Shown: in pieces, positions 34,174 through 44,169 of the stretch
How the letters are laid out: each line of letters starts with the position of its first letter
How positions within the stretch are numbered: position 1 is the first letter of the stretch
Source of the DNA: Octopus bimaculoides
Taxonomy: Eukaryota
Assembly: GCF_001194135.2 (NCBI RefSeq)
Contig: NC_068982.1
Coordinates: forward strand, 8,379,051-8,423,219
Length of the DNA: 44,169 bases
Reading direction: 5' to 3'
Translations under genes and position numbers: made by a program
Notes under the pieces: generated by a model
Told to the model about the DNA's origin: nothing
The model's database searches: none
Seen by the model: only the letters and a program-made list of their open reading frames with translations

Positions 34174-36844
34174 NNNNNNNNNNNNNNNNNNNNNNNNNNN
34201 NNNNNNNNNNNNNNNNNNNNNNNNNNNNNNNNNNNNNNNNNNNNNNNNNNNNNNNNNNNNNNNNNNNNNNNNNNNNNNNNNNNNNNNNNNNNNTATATAT
34301 ATATATATATATATATATCTTCGCTAAACACAATAAAATTTCTCTGAAACAAAGTTCTCAAAAATTAGTACTGGAAGTTATTTATATGTTGCAAATATCA
34401 TTTTAATGTGCATTCATTTTCGATAAATATTTACAGCATGGAGTTTGGAGTAAGTCAAAAGGCACTTATTTTGTAATGTATCATAGCAAGATCCCATTTC
34501 TCTTGAATTAATATGTTTCCTTTTTACTATGTTCATCAATTTATTAAACATTCATTATATTACCGACCTTTCATTATTTACCCATCACCTCCTTTCTGTT
34601 AAATTAATGATAACAACACTGCAACACTTTCTAATATTTGCAATTTAGAATGTAACAAGAAATAATCAGGTGACAATGATTGAGTTTGAATTTCTTGTCA
34701 GCATTAAGCACAAACTATTTATTTCGCAACTTGTCAAAAATTAATGTTAACCTGATCATAAAATATTTTCTCATAATACCATGATTGAAACAAGAACTTA
34801 ATAATAAAAGATAAAGAAAACATGAGACATTGAAGGACATAGAGAGATGCAAATCGCCAGTTTGCTAATATGTGACGCACAGCATGAACGAAAGGAAATG
34901 AATCACTTTAAATGAAGTGACAAAAGAAATGGAAGCTAGATTAGCACTATCTGTAAATATTATCCACCAACACTTGTCGATTCAGCTGTGAAACATGTCT
35001 CCTGTATGTTGTAATGGGACTATCCTTAAAAACATGAGACTATTTCGAATATACTAAACAAGAAGCTCTGGATCAAAAGCAGAGCGTGTCATCGTCAATA
35101 TGATTCCATAGTACAGTGGAGTCCAAGCTTCTCAAATTCTCCTAAACTACACGCTTCATCGAAATTTCTACTGAAATAGAAGAATTAAGTAATAATCCCG
35201 CTGTAACCTCATATATGATTAAGGTGAACATACTACAAGTGTTAGACACTAATACCAAAGAGTGAGAAGCTAAAATGAAGCAAAGAAACAGACCTGGACT
35301 GATCATGCTATCTGAAGAATTACAACTCAGAACTCGGATGAACAAAATAGAAAACATAAATGACGTTACTTCAGAACAACTTCAAGGACCTGGTGTAATA
35401 TTAAAAGAAAGAAAAGAATTCCGGCTCATACACCGCTTTGTCAACGAAGAATTCAAATATGGCCGAATGGATTTACCAGTAAACAAAGAATTTAAAAATA
35501 AAGTCAATATTTCCAGAGTATTTCTGATGAAGTTAACGATCTTACCATGAACTGACTACAATATATAGATAATTCAATTTCATGCGTAACTAACCTAAAA
35601 GCATCTCAAAAGAAACCGTGTAGAATTATTCCATGAAGATCTTAAAGAAGCAATCGTTCATGCCAAAAGCTGTTACACTACCATAATAGGGGACTAAACT
35701 GACGACCAACCATTGCAAATAATCGTGTACTGTCTTGAGAAAATATTGTAAGGTGAATGAAACAACAAAGGGAAGTAAGCGATCTGGCAAAATAGCCAAT
35801 AATCTTTTAAAAGACAAAGGTAAATAGAAACCTGGAAAAATCTCATGAACAAAAAAATTAACAATATCAAAATACTGCTTGCTAACCAGCTCCAAAAGGT
35901 AAGATCGATAATTTGCAGGCTTAGTTTACCAATACACTGATTGAGCCCTAAATCAACTTTCACAATTTTAAAACTTAAAGAAATAGATTGGTTAGAACTC
36001 TCGTGAAAAAAGTGGAATAGCATTAAAAAAATGTGGCAAAACTATGTTAAGAACACTTGATCTAATGAGAAATGGAAAAAGAAAACGATAGAAGAATATT
36101 AAAGTGTTAACTGGAAACCAAACAGAATCAGTCAAACGGAATAAGCAAATAAACGGAATACAACGAATGAACTTAAGAAAGGATATAAAATTCATAGAAA
36201 TAAATCTTCAAGAAAGGAAAAGAACTTTCTAAAGTGAAGAAATACCAGAGAAAGCACAAATGACATCATTCAAAGTCGGAATCATCACGGAATGCTGAAA
36301 CAAAATACTAGTTAGAGAAATTCTACTAAAAGCTGTCTTCCAATAACAGAAACGGCAATAACCTTAGAGAAGGCAACATAAAACAAAATACAGCTTTATA
36401 CCGAGTCTACAAGCTTCAAAAATGACACCATGCCTGAGGTCAAGACAAAATATCCGATGACAGAGAATTAGGAAAAAAGGAACTTTCTAAACATTTCAGA
36501 GAAAGTCTTTGTTGAATGCATTCAGCAAAATAAAGACGGCCACAAAAACGCGTCACAAACTGTCGACCAAGACACCTTCGTACGATACACAATTCAATCA
36601 CAAAAATCCTAACGAATAGATTTCTCAATAAATTTATCGAAAATCCTCTACGCACTAAGACGATACTACGATGTGATTTCTTTCACTATTACGTCTTACA
36701 TGCCATGTAATAATTATCGAAAAATCAACGGTATAATGACAGCCACAAAATAAATGTAGAACTAGCATACACCAATATTGTAAAGCTCAACTGCAATCAT
36801 GTAGCGTCTTTCCTATTATACAGAGATTGTAAATAATTATGAAT

Positions 36845-37280
36845 AGCTGTGTGGTAAGTAGCTTGTTTCCTAACCACATGGTTCCGAGTTCAGTCCCTTG
36901 AGCAAGTGTCTTTTACTAAAACCTCGGGCCGTCGAAAGCCTTGTTAGGGGATTTGGTAGACGGAAACTGAAAGAAGCTCGTCGTAGATATATGTATATAT
37001 ATATATGTGTGTATGTGTGTGTGTGTATGTGTGTGTGTGTGTGTGTATGTGTGTGTATGTGTGTGTGTGTGTGTATTTGTGTCTGGGTGTGTTCCCCCGC
37101 CATCGCTTGACAACTGATGTTGGTGTGTTTACGTCCCCGTAACTTATCGGTTCGATAGAAGAGACCGATAGAATAAGTACCGGGCTTACAAAAATTAAGT
37201 CCTCGATCGATTTGTTCGAATAAAGGCGGTGCTACAGCATGGTTGCAGTTAAATGACTGAAACAAGTAAAAGAATAAAAG
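36845..37280 (+). mobile_element. SINE family A, near full length
   Basis: Same head, internal (TA)/(TG) tract and tail as 4942-5606, with a small deletion after the B-box. Confidence 0.9.
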
Positions 37281-37355
37281 TATTGTTAATACAGAAAGAT
37301 ATAAGAAAGGGTGATTCGATTTCTAATCTTTTAACAACCTGCCTATCATTGTTCT

Positions 37356-37520
37356 TGTTATGTCTCCAGCTACTGCTATCTAGCACCTTCGGACGATCTC
37401 TACTCAACCGCTACACGACGGCTACTCAACTGTCACTCAACTCCTCTACTACGGCTAGACTACCTCTATTTATATGTCTTGGGTGACCCTACTTCTTCGC
37501 TTGGGGGCGTCGACACAACA
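37356..37520 (-). mobile_element. Short solo LTR (165 bp) with 5-bp TSD
   Basis: TGTTATGT...GACACAACA termini with perfect TSD GTTCT at 37351-37355 and 37521-37525; homologous to 24765-24940. Confidence 0.85.
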
Positions 37521-38744
37521 GTTCTCAAAACTAATATAATGTAAATGAACGAGAATTTCAAATCTACAGTGAATTTCTCAAACATCTGAGAACAGAAGGA
37601 AACATAGAAATCGTATGATGAGATCCAGCTAAATTTTAAACAAATAGGTACAGAAAGACCAGGAATAGGACGAAAAGGAAAAATAACCCTTACTAAATGT
37701 GAAGTAGTATTCATTGAAGTAATGTCCACACCTTTTGGTCAAAGAAGGCTAAAAAAAGACAACAAAACAAAACAAAAGAGAATTATTCATCGGATTAAAT
37801 GACTTTAGGCAGGTGAAAAAGAATCCCTCAACCTTTAAAAGATAATTACAGAGCCAACGCATTATCCTGAAATATGTTTTATGGTTCAGAAACATGGAAC
37901 TTGGCAAAATAGCTAACAAACAATCTAAGGATTGCTCAACAAACGCGCAAATGTATTATGCTTACAATGACGGGAAAGAAATATAAGATAACGGAATGGA
38001 TCTGAAAATAAATAAAGCTAAATTACATTATCAAATTTATAAAAATCGTTGGCATAAACCAGATAATGAGTGATATTAGGAGGAAAAAATTGCTAAATTG
38101 CTGATTTCTGGGAGTTGGCAAAGCAACGGAAAAATGGAGGGAGAAATTAAATGATTAATTTTCATAATTCCAAATTAATTTCCAAATTCTTGAAATGCAA
38201 TAAAAATATTGTCTTATCATTATCAAAACTTAATAACACGTATTTTGCTTGTGTTAATGGCGTTCGTGTAATTGAGCAACAGCAACTACTATTGAAGGCT
38301 TGACCACGTGATTATTTGGTCTGCCGCAATTTTTACTCACAACGTCACATTCAAATTTACGTATCTGTTTGAACAGAGATGAACTGGTCTTCAAAACAAT
38401 TACATTAAACGATAGAAAGATTCCGTTTACCCTTCAGTATTGATTCTGGATCAGCATAGAGCCTTGCGAATAATCCGTCAGTTTTAGCAATATATTCTAA
38501 AACTTTTATGCTATAAATATTGTTTGTGGTACAATTTCTAAATGTACATGTCCGCCTACTGAAAATTTGCCTACCCTCATGGGCATTTTTTCGTCAACAT
38601 TAATATGTGCATAACCTAAGTTTATGTTCCCAAATGTTATTTAAGATGCAAATTCCTTTTCTCTCCTTCATTCCAGTTGTTCATTTGAAATAATTTACTA
38701 TTGCATGTATACATGCATGACGAACACATATACTCATTAGTAAC

Positions 38745-38900
38745 AAACATGCACACTCACATACATACATACATACACACACACATACATACATACATAC
38801 ATACACACACACATACATACATATGTGTAGATACGGGAGTGACTCTGTATGTGTGTGTATGTGTGTATGTGTGCGTGTCTGCATGTGTGTGTGCATGTGT
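38745..38900. repeat. (CATA)/(CA) then (TG)/(TATG) microsatellites
   Basis: Read directly. Confidence 0.9.
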
Positions 38901-39784
38901 GGAATATTCATGCCTTATTATATTACTTGGAGAAAGCTACTAAATGTTCCTCGTTCTAGTTTAAACTAATAAAATATCTGTTTTGTAAGTTTATTCATCT
39001 TTTTCAGTAATTTTATTCCATTCTGCTTGAAATTAATTCTATCCACCGAAGATACAAATAGTTACTTATTGCTTCTAGTGGTATGTCTTACTTGAAAGTT
39101 AGTACATTATTAAATTATATAAGAATTTACCGATTCGTCTACTGTAATGTTTGATAAGTCGAAGTGGACAATAGTTGGTGATGAAACAACTAAATCTATT
39201 TTATGGAACTTGAAGCAGACTATTAAATTTCCTGAAATTGCGTTCACATTTGCTTTTCCCCAAATTACAAGTCAATATAAAAGCGTTGCAGGTGGCGATA
39301 AATTAAGTACCAGCCAAGTTATGTGGTCGGTTTAATTATTTAAAATCTTTTTCTCCTATTTCAAATCTGGAAGCGATGTTAGAAATCGATAGTGTTTCTG
39401 ATTAGCTACCATAGTTTGAAGAAATCGAACGCTTGGACGACCATTAGTAACATTTATAGAGATAGGTACAAAGCATTAGATTGAGATGGGATGGATGTGA
39501 TGGATGTCGAATGATTGCAATACTTAAATAGTATATATTTATCGTCCTGCATCTAACCACAATTATGAAAGCCAAAATCGACTTCGGCGAAGTCGAACGT
39601 AAATTGTAATGGCTTTATGCCAAAAGGTCGTTCAGCTTATTTTGTTAATCCACTTTCCTCAATTATAAAATATAAACGAGACTTTATAACAAATTTCATT
39701 ATTAAATTTGGATGTTATATTATAATAGGCAATTCTGTTAAGATGACTAATATAGTTAGATAAAGTTTGCAATTTACAGAAGTA

Positions 39785-40025
39785 CAGGGTGTTCAAAAAG
39801 TATTTTATTGCAAAATAAATATTTATAAGATGGTATAAGACTCCAAAAAATCTATTAGACTTTACAAGACTTTAAAAAACTTTAGAAGCGGTGTTGAAAG
39901 TATGTTGAAGGGTACACAATGACTGAGTGGCAAAGGCTGCCACCCGGACGCCTACGCACTGATAGCCATGTTGCATATGCGAAGGATGAAAAAATTCACT
40001 GCCGAGAGACTTTTTGAACACCCTG
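39785..40025. mobile_element. Tc1/mariner-type MITE (241 bp)
   Basis: Perfect 17-bp TIRs CAGGGTGTTCAAAAAGT (39785-39801) / ACTTTTTGAACACCCTG (40009-40025), flanked by TA on both sides. Confidence 0.9.
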
Positions 40026-40733
40026 TAGTTACCTTCAAAATACATATATTCATTTTAAATATTCTGTTTGTTTACACAGGACTGAAATTTGGTATGCTGT
40101 AGTGTTACTGTTCTTATTTTACAGAGCTTGGAATATTGGTAACTTTTTATATTCGGCAGAACTGCCCTTATCTACATGCTTTGGAAATATCTTTTGGAAA
40201 ATATAAGCATTTCGTGTCTCTTATGATGCTCTTTACTTTCAAAGACAAAAGTCGCCGGATTTCACGTTCAGAATTAAGTAGACCTTTTCATATTTTTGTT
40301 ACAGTCAATGGGAACATTCTCTTGTCCTCTTAATCAAATTAGTCAGTACATGGAATAAAAGGAATAAAATTAATCAGTTTATCAACAGCCCGCGTCTCTG
40401 TTGAATACAGACTCGAATAACAGATGTTTTACTGTTATATTTAACAATTGCTAGTATATACATGACATGGCAACACTTGTACCACTAACACAGTAGCAAC
40501 ACAGAAGAAAGACACAGACAATCCCAAATGCCAGCAGCATTCATGCGTCTGCGTTTTATTATTTTAGTTATTTCTTTTATCAGTGGTATTCAAAATAATT
40601 AGCGGAGGTTACAAGAGCAAATTTGCTAAAATCCATGGAGTAATGAAAACGCTGGTGAAGTTTCCAGTGAAGATCTATCAACTACACGAAGCCAATCAGC
40701 TGGTAAGAATCAAATGAACGCTAATGATACAAG

Positions 40734-41083
40734 TTATTCTCTTGGCTTTAAAATTACGTGAGTATTTCAAAATTGTAGTCTTTCGTATGCGATACAAATA
40801 TTGATTTATCACCATAATTAAATTTTTTAGTCTCGTAATAATACATATCAGGTTGAACGACATGGTATGTTATTCATCATTTGTATGAGAATAAAAATAT
40901 TTAATTATGTAGATCTGAGTTAGCATCAAAGAAACTGAAGCAGTACGAACAGATATAGAATAATAGAAACTGGAGCATAGAATTCAATACTTTCTGCTTC
41001 TCAAGAATGAGATATTTTTACTTGCGATGATTCCGTCTAACTAAATGTAAGTTGCTCAATCAAACGGTAAATCTAATAGAAAC
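40734..41083. repeat. Direct repeat copy 1 (about 330-350 bp)
   Basis: Aligns with 41861-42170 from TTATTCTCTT to AAACGGTAAATCTAATAGAAAC, with long identical blocks. Confidence 0.9.
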
Positions 41084-41860
41084 TTCGTTTTCTTAATTCA
41101 TTTTTAATTCCATTGTGACTGAATTTTTCTAGTTTATCGTGTTGTGGTTTGCTTTAACATCCTTTAACTCCAACCGTCTTCCTTCGTTAGCTGTCATCTT
41201 TTATCGTATGCGAAAAAAAAAACTACTTTTATGTGATATGATACAATATGTAACTAAAGATGATAAATTCAGAGGGGCTAATTCATTCCTACTCACAGAA
41301 TAAGGATTTTATTTCTACCTTATAAAGTATCACTTTATAAAATAGTTATAAAATACCATTACTACCCTTATAAAATACCACCCTGAAAGAGTTAACTGCC
41401 AGTGCTAGACTTTGTTTCGAAGGGCGTTAAGTTTTCTTTGGCCGTTTGAAAAAATATTTTGAGTGAATTTTATAAGGATAGATTCACGGGCAAATATGCT
41501 TATGGGTCTGGCTGAAAAGTATTGCTCAACACATTTGTGAGGAAGTTCAAATTACAAATAGTATTTATCGGCGAGGAATGACATTAAAGCGTATCACACC
41601 ACAAAAATCGCATAATTACAATTATCCTTTTGTATCTTTACAATCAATTCAAACTTTGGGAATGATATCATGTGATCATTTATGCTGAAATAGAGAGATA
41701 TTAGTATATCATAATAGCCAATTCTGTTGTTAAGATAAAGAAAGTAGCAAAAGAAAATCGTATTTTACAGAAGAATTGGCTCTGAATTATATATATTCCT
41801 TTTTAAGACCATAAATGCACAACCTGACTACAAATCAAAGAAGCTGAGTGTAACTGGGTC

Positions 41861-42170
41861 TTATTCTCTTAACTTTCGAAATTATAGTCTTCCGTATGCG
41901 ATACAAATATTGATTTATCGTCATAATTATATTTTTCAGTATCTTAATAGTACACATCAGGGTGAACGACATGTTATGTTATTCATCATTTGTATGAGAA
42001 TAAAAATGTTTAATTATGTAGATCTTAGTTAGCATCAAAGAAACTGAAGTGGTACGAACAGATATAGAATAATAGAAACTGGAGCAGAGAGTTCAATACT
42101 TGCTGCTTCTTGGTGATGAATGCGATGTTTCCGTCTAACTACTCATTCAAACGGTAAATCTAATAGAAAC
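41861..42170. repeat. Direct repeat copy 2
   Basis: Homologous to 40734-41083; ends where a SINE begins. Confidence 0.9.
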
Positions 42171-42175
42171 GTATA

Positions 42176-42497
42176 CATACAGGCGTGGCTGTGTGGTAAG
42201 AAGATTATTTCCCAATCACATGGTTCTGGGTTCACTCTCACAGAGTGGCACCTTGGGGAAAGTGTCTTCTACTACAGCTTTTCGGGCGAACCAAAGCCTT
42301 GTGAGTGGATTTTGGTAGGCGCAGGAGTGGCTGTGTGGTAAGTAGCTTGCTTACCAACCACATGGTTCCGAGTTCAGGCCCACTGCGTGGCACGGTGGGC
42401 AAATATCTTCTACTATAGCTTCGAGCCGACCAAAGCCTTGTGAGTGGATTTGGTAGACGGAAACTGAAAGAAGCCCGTCGTATATATATATATATAT
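42176..42497 (+). mobile_element. Two tandem SINE family A 5' halves (42176-42315 and 42316-42497)
   Basis: The head repeats twice; the second copy ends in the internal (TA)n tract and lacks the 3' half. Confidence 0.9.
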
Positions 42498-42660
42498 TGA
42501 TAGAAATGACAAGACAACAAAAAAAAAATGAAAGAGACCTCGATATTATGTAAATAGAGGAATTTATCTGTAAATATAGGATGTGACAGTTATTGGGTAC
42601 CCATGATAAAACTCCGAGTTTCGGATGTCGGGGCGGAAACCTACGTCGGAATCTTCAGTT
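42497..42660 (-). mobile_element. PLE-type terminal repeat fragment with partial hammerhead-like core
   Basis: Minus strand CTGAAGA (42658-42652)...CGAAAC-TCGGA-GTT, then a T-rich tail into (TA)n. It lies inverted against the GIY-YIG remnant. Confidence 0.55.
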
Positions 42661-42695
42661 GTTGGGCCATCGAAAAAATGCTATGAAAATTACTG

Positions 42696-43010
42696 TTAAT
42701 GGGCCTTACAAAGGGTAATTTCAAGACCAGGTTTAATAATCACACCTTGAGCTTCAGGCACTGGGATAAAAGGAAAATGACCAAATTATCTAGTCATATA
42801 TGGTCCTTTAAAGATAAAGGCGTCCGTTACAACATCCATTGGAAGATCTTAGCCAAGTGTAAGCCCAACACCAACGGCAGTGGAAAGTGCGGCCTTTGTA
42901 ACATGGAAAGAGGGCTCATCTGGAAAAGCAGCTTAGACCCTGCCACATGTCTAAATTCAAGAACTGAACTTTTCGGATAATGTCCACATGTGACTAAATA
43001 TTTGTTACGT
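42696..43010 (+). mobile_element. Penelope-like element GIY-YIG endonuclease C-terminal half
   Basis: MGLTKGNFKTRFNNHTLSF..TKLSSHIW..WKILAK..CGLCNMER..LNSRTELFG*CPH..KYLL matches the PLE pattern YIGxTxxxFKxRxxNH...CxLCxxE...LNxRxE...CxH. T-rich UTR to about 43260. Confidence 0.9.
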
Positions 43011-43269
43011 TTTTGTCCCCCCCCCCAGATAGGATTTCTATATTGTGTCCACGTACAAGCTTTTTATCTCTCTATACTTTTTACTTATATTTCTTATATA
43101 TCTTTTATATATTTTTTTATATTTATATATTTTTTTACATATTTATAGAGATATTGTTTCCTAGTTTTATTGCTCATATATTTTTTACACATATTTTTTC
43201 TGTATTCTACCTTCCACCCTGCATTTTTCGTGTGCGTATATAGACGTGTATATGGAATTTTTTGTGCAC

Positions 43270-44129
43270 AATGGACCTACGAACTTAACAAAGATTTATA
43301 TAAAGCATATATACCATCTGACCCTCAGATGTTCGGTTTTATGCAAATGCTAAAAAATTTGTGGAACTCTAAACACCCAGAATTAGATTTTCCCCGAAAA
43401 TATTTTAAACGAAAATGCAAAACGTATCATTAGATGTAAATTGATACGTCTAACAAGCATATCTAATTCAAGGGAGTCAACGATTGTAGATAGTCAACAT
43501 TCTTCTATCGATGGAGAGATAGAACGGTCAACTGAATTTAGTAGTAATGACACCAACAATTTGGCTGAAGTTCATCTCCCCTTCACTGATGAACAGACAA
43601 AACGTTCAGAGGAATGTAGCGGTAAGCACCACACAAAAATTTAGCTGGAAAATATTAGGAACTTGTAAACTCCTTACAAGGTATCTAGGATGGTATGTTT
43701 CAAGGGGTTCACTACATCAATTTGAATTTGAAGCCATACAACAGGTTAACTAAAGAACCCAGTAAATAAGAATTAGCAGCAGTAAATAAAATTGTTAACA
43801 AATATTTGAAACCCGCACAGTCTAGAGGATGAAAACAACCTTTGAAACCATCAACCTCTTGATATATGACTCATCTTTTACATTACTAGCAAATCGCCAA
43901 AATCTGAAGCCACGGAATCGAGATTCAAGCAGAGAGCCTGAACCGACATGGACACGTATTTTAAAAAGTAAAATTATATTCCAGCGATGAAGTATCTTAC
44001 GGATCGTTGTAAGTATGCAATGTAACACAGAGAACAACATCACACGACATCAAGAAGACCTCAGAAAAAACAAATCAATATTGAATAGAACGCATTTGGC
44101 CAAATTTTGACATACGACAGTTTAACATT

Positions 44130-44130
<1 letters not shown>
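43270..44130 (+). mobile_element. RLE-type LINE (R4/Dong-like) N-terminal region remnant
   Basis: WTYELNKDLYKAYIPSDP..FMQMLKNLWNSKHPEL and later EPTWTRILKSKI..ITRHQEDLRK resemble R4/Dong 5' ORF segments (from recall); several stops. Confidence 0.55.

Positions 44131-44140
<10 letters not shown>

Positions 44141-44169
<29 letters not shown>
44141..44169. repeat. (TA)n microsatellite
   Basis: Read directly. Confidence 0.95.

Larger units (their letters stand above)
35200..38070 (+). mobile_element. Decayed RTE-clade LINE (APE-RT), interrupted by a SINE and a solo LTR
   Basis: Colinear motif remnants: IMLSE, FHEDLKEAI..TTIIGD (35689), ETWKN, NCRP..ITKILTNR, IRKGDSIS (37301; VRQGD-x-ISP), FLKHLR (HLRFADD), YGSETW (37880). 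Many stops and frameshifts. Confidence 0.75.

Noticed and set aside
24765-37520. The two LTR copies as ends of one 12.7-kb LTR retrotransposon
   Set aside because: The 37356 copy has its own 5-bp TSD on both sides, and there is no gag-pol between them.

Overview
This is AT-rich, repeat-saturated eukaryotic DNA from a gapped short-read assembly, with ten N-gaps, most flanked by microsatellites. The SINE repertoire resembles the tRNA-derived octopus OR1/OR2/OK families, so a coleoid (Octopus) genome is inferred, not proven. I found no intact protein-coding gene, tRNA, rRNA or CRISPR array, and all long ORFs in the track are N-gap or microsatellite artefacts. The window is a mosaic of decayed retroelements: L1/Tx1, RTE, R4/Dong-type RLE LINEs, Penelope-like elements (PLE), three SINE families and two short solo LTRs. 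It also holds two DNA-transposon MITEs, one Tc1/mariner with TA TSD and one GG..CC foldback element with an 8-bp TSD. The best second-look item is a complete type I hammerhead-ribozyme topology with a CCGAUGA (U4C) core and a dimer-type stem III at 16904-16962, plus two degenerate hammerhead-like motifs in PLE termini. Other candidates are a Gag/ORF1-like remnant with no ORF2 (6400-7614), long inverted repeats able to form dsRNA, and a 330-bp direct repeat with no TE signature. I cannot claim a new biological system from sequence alone. Element boundaries are approximate unless a TSD or TIR is given.
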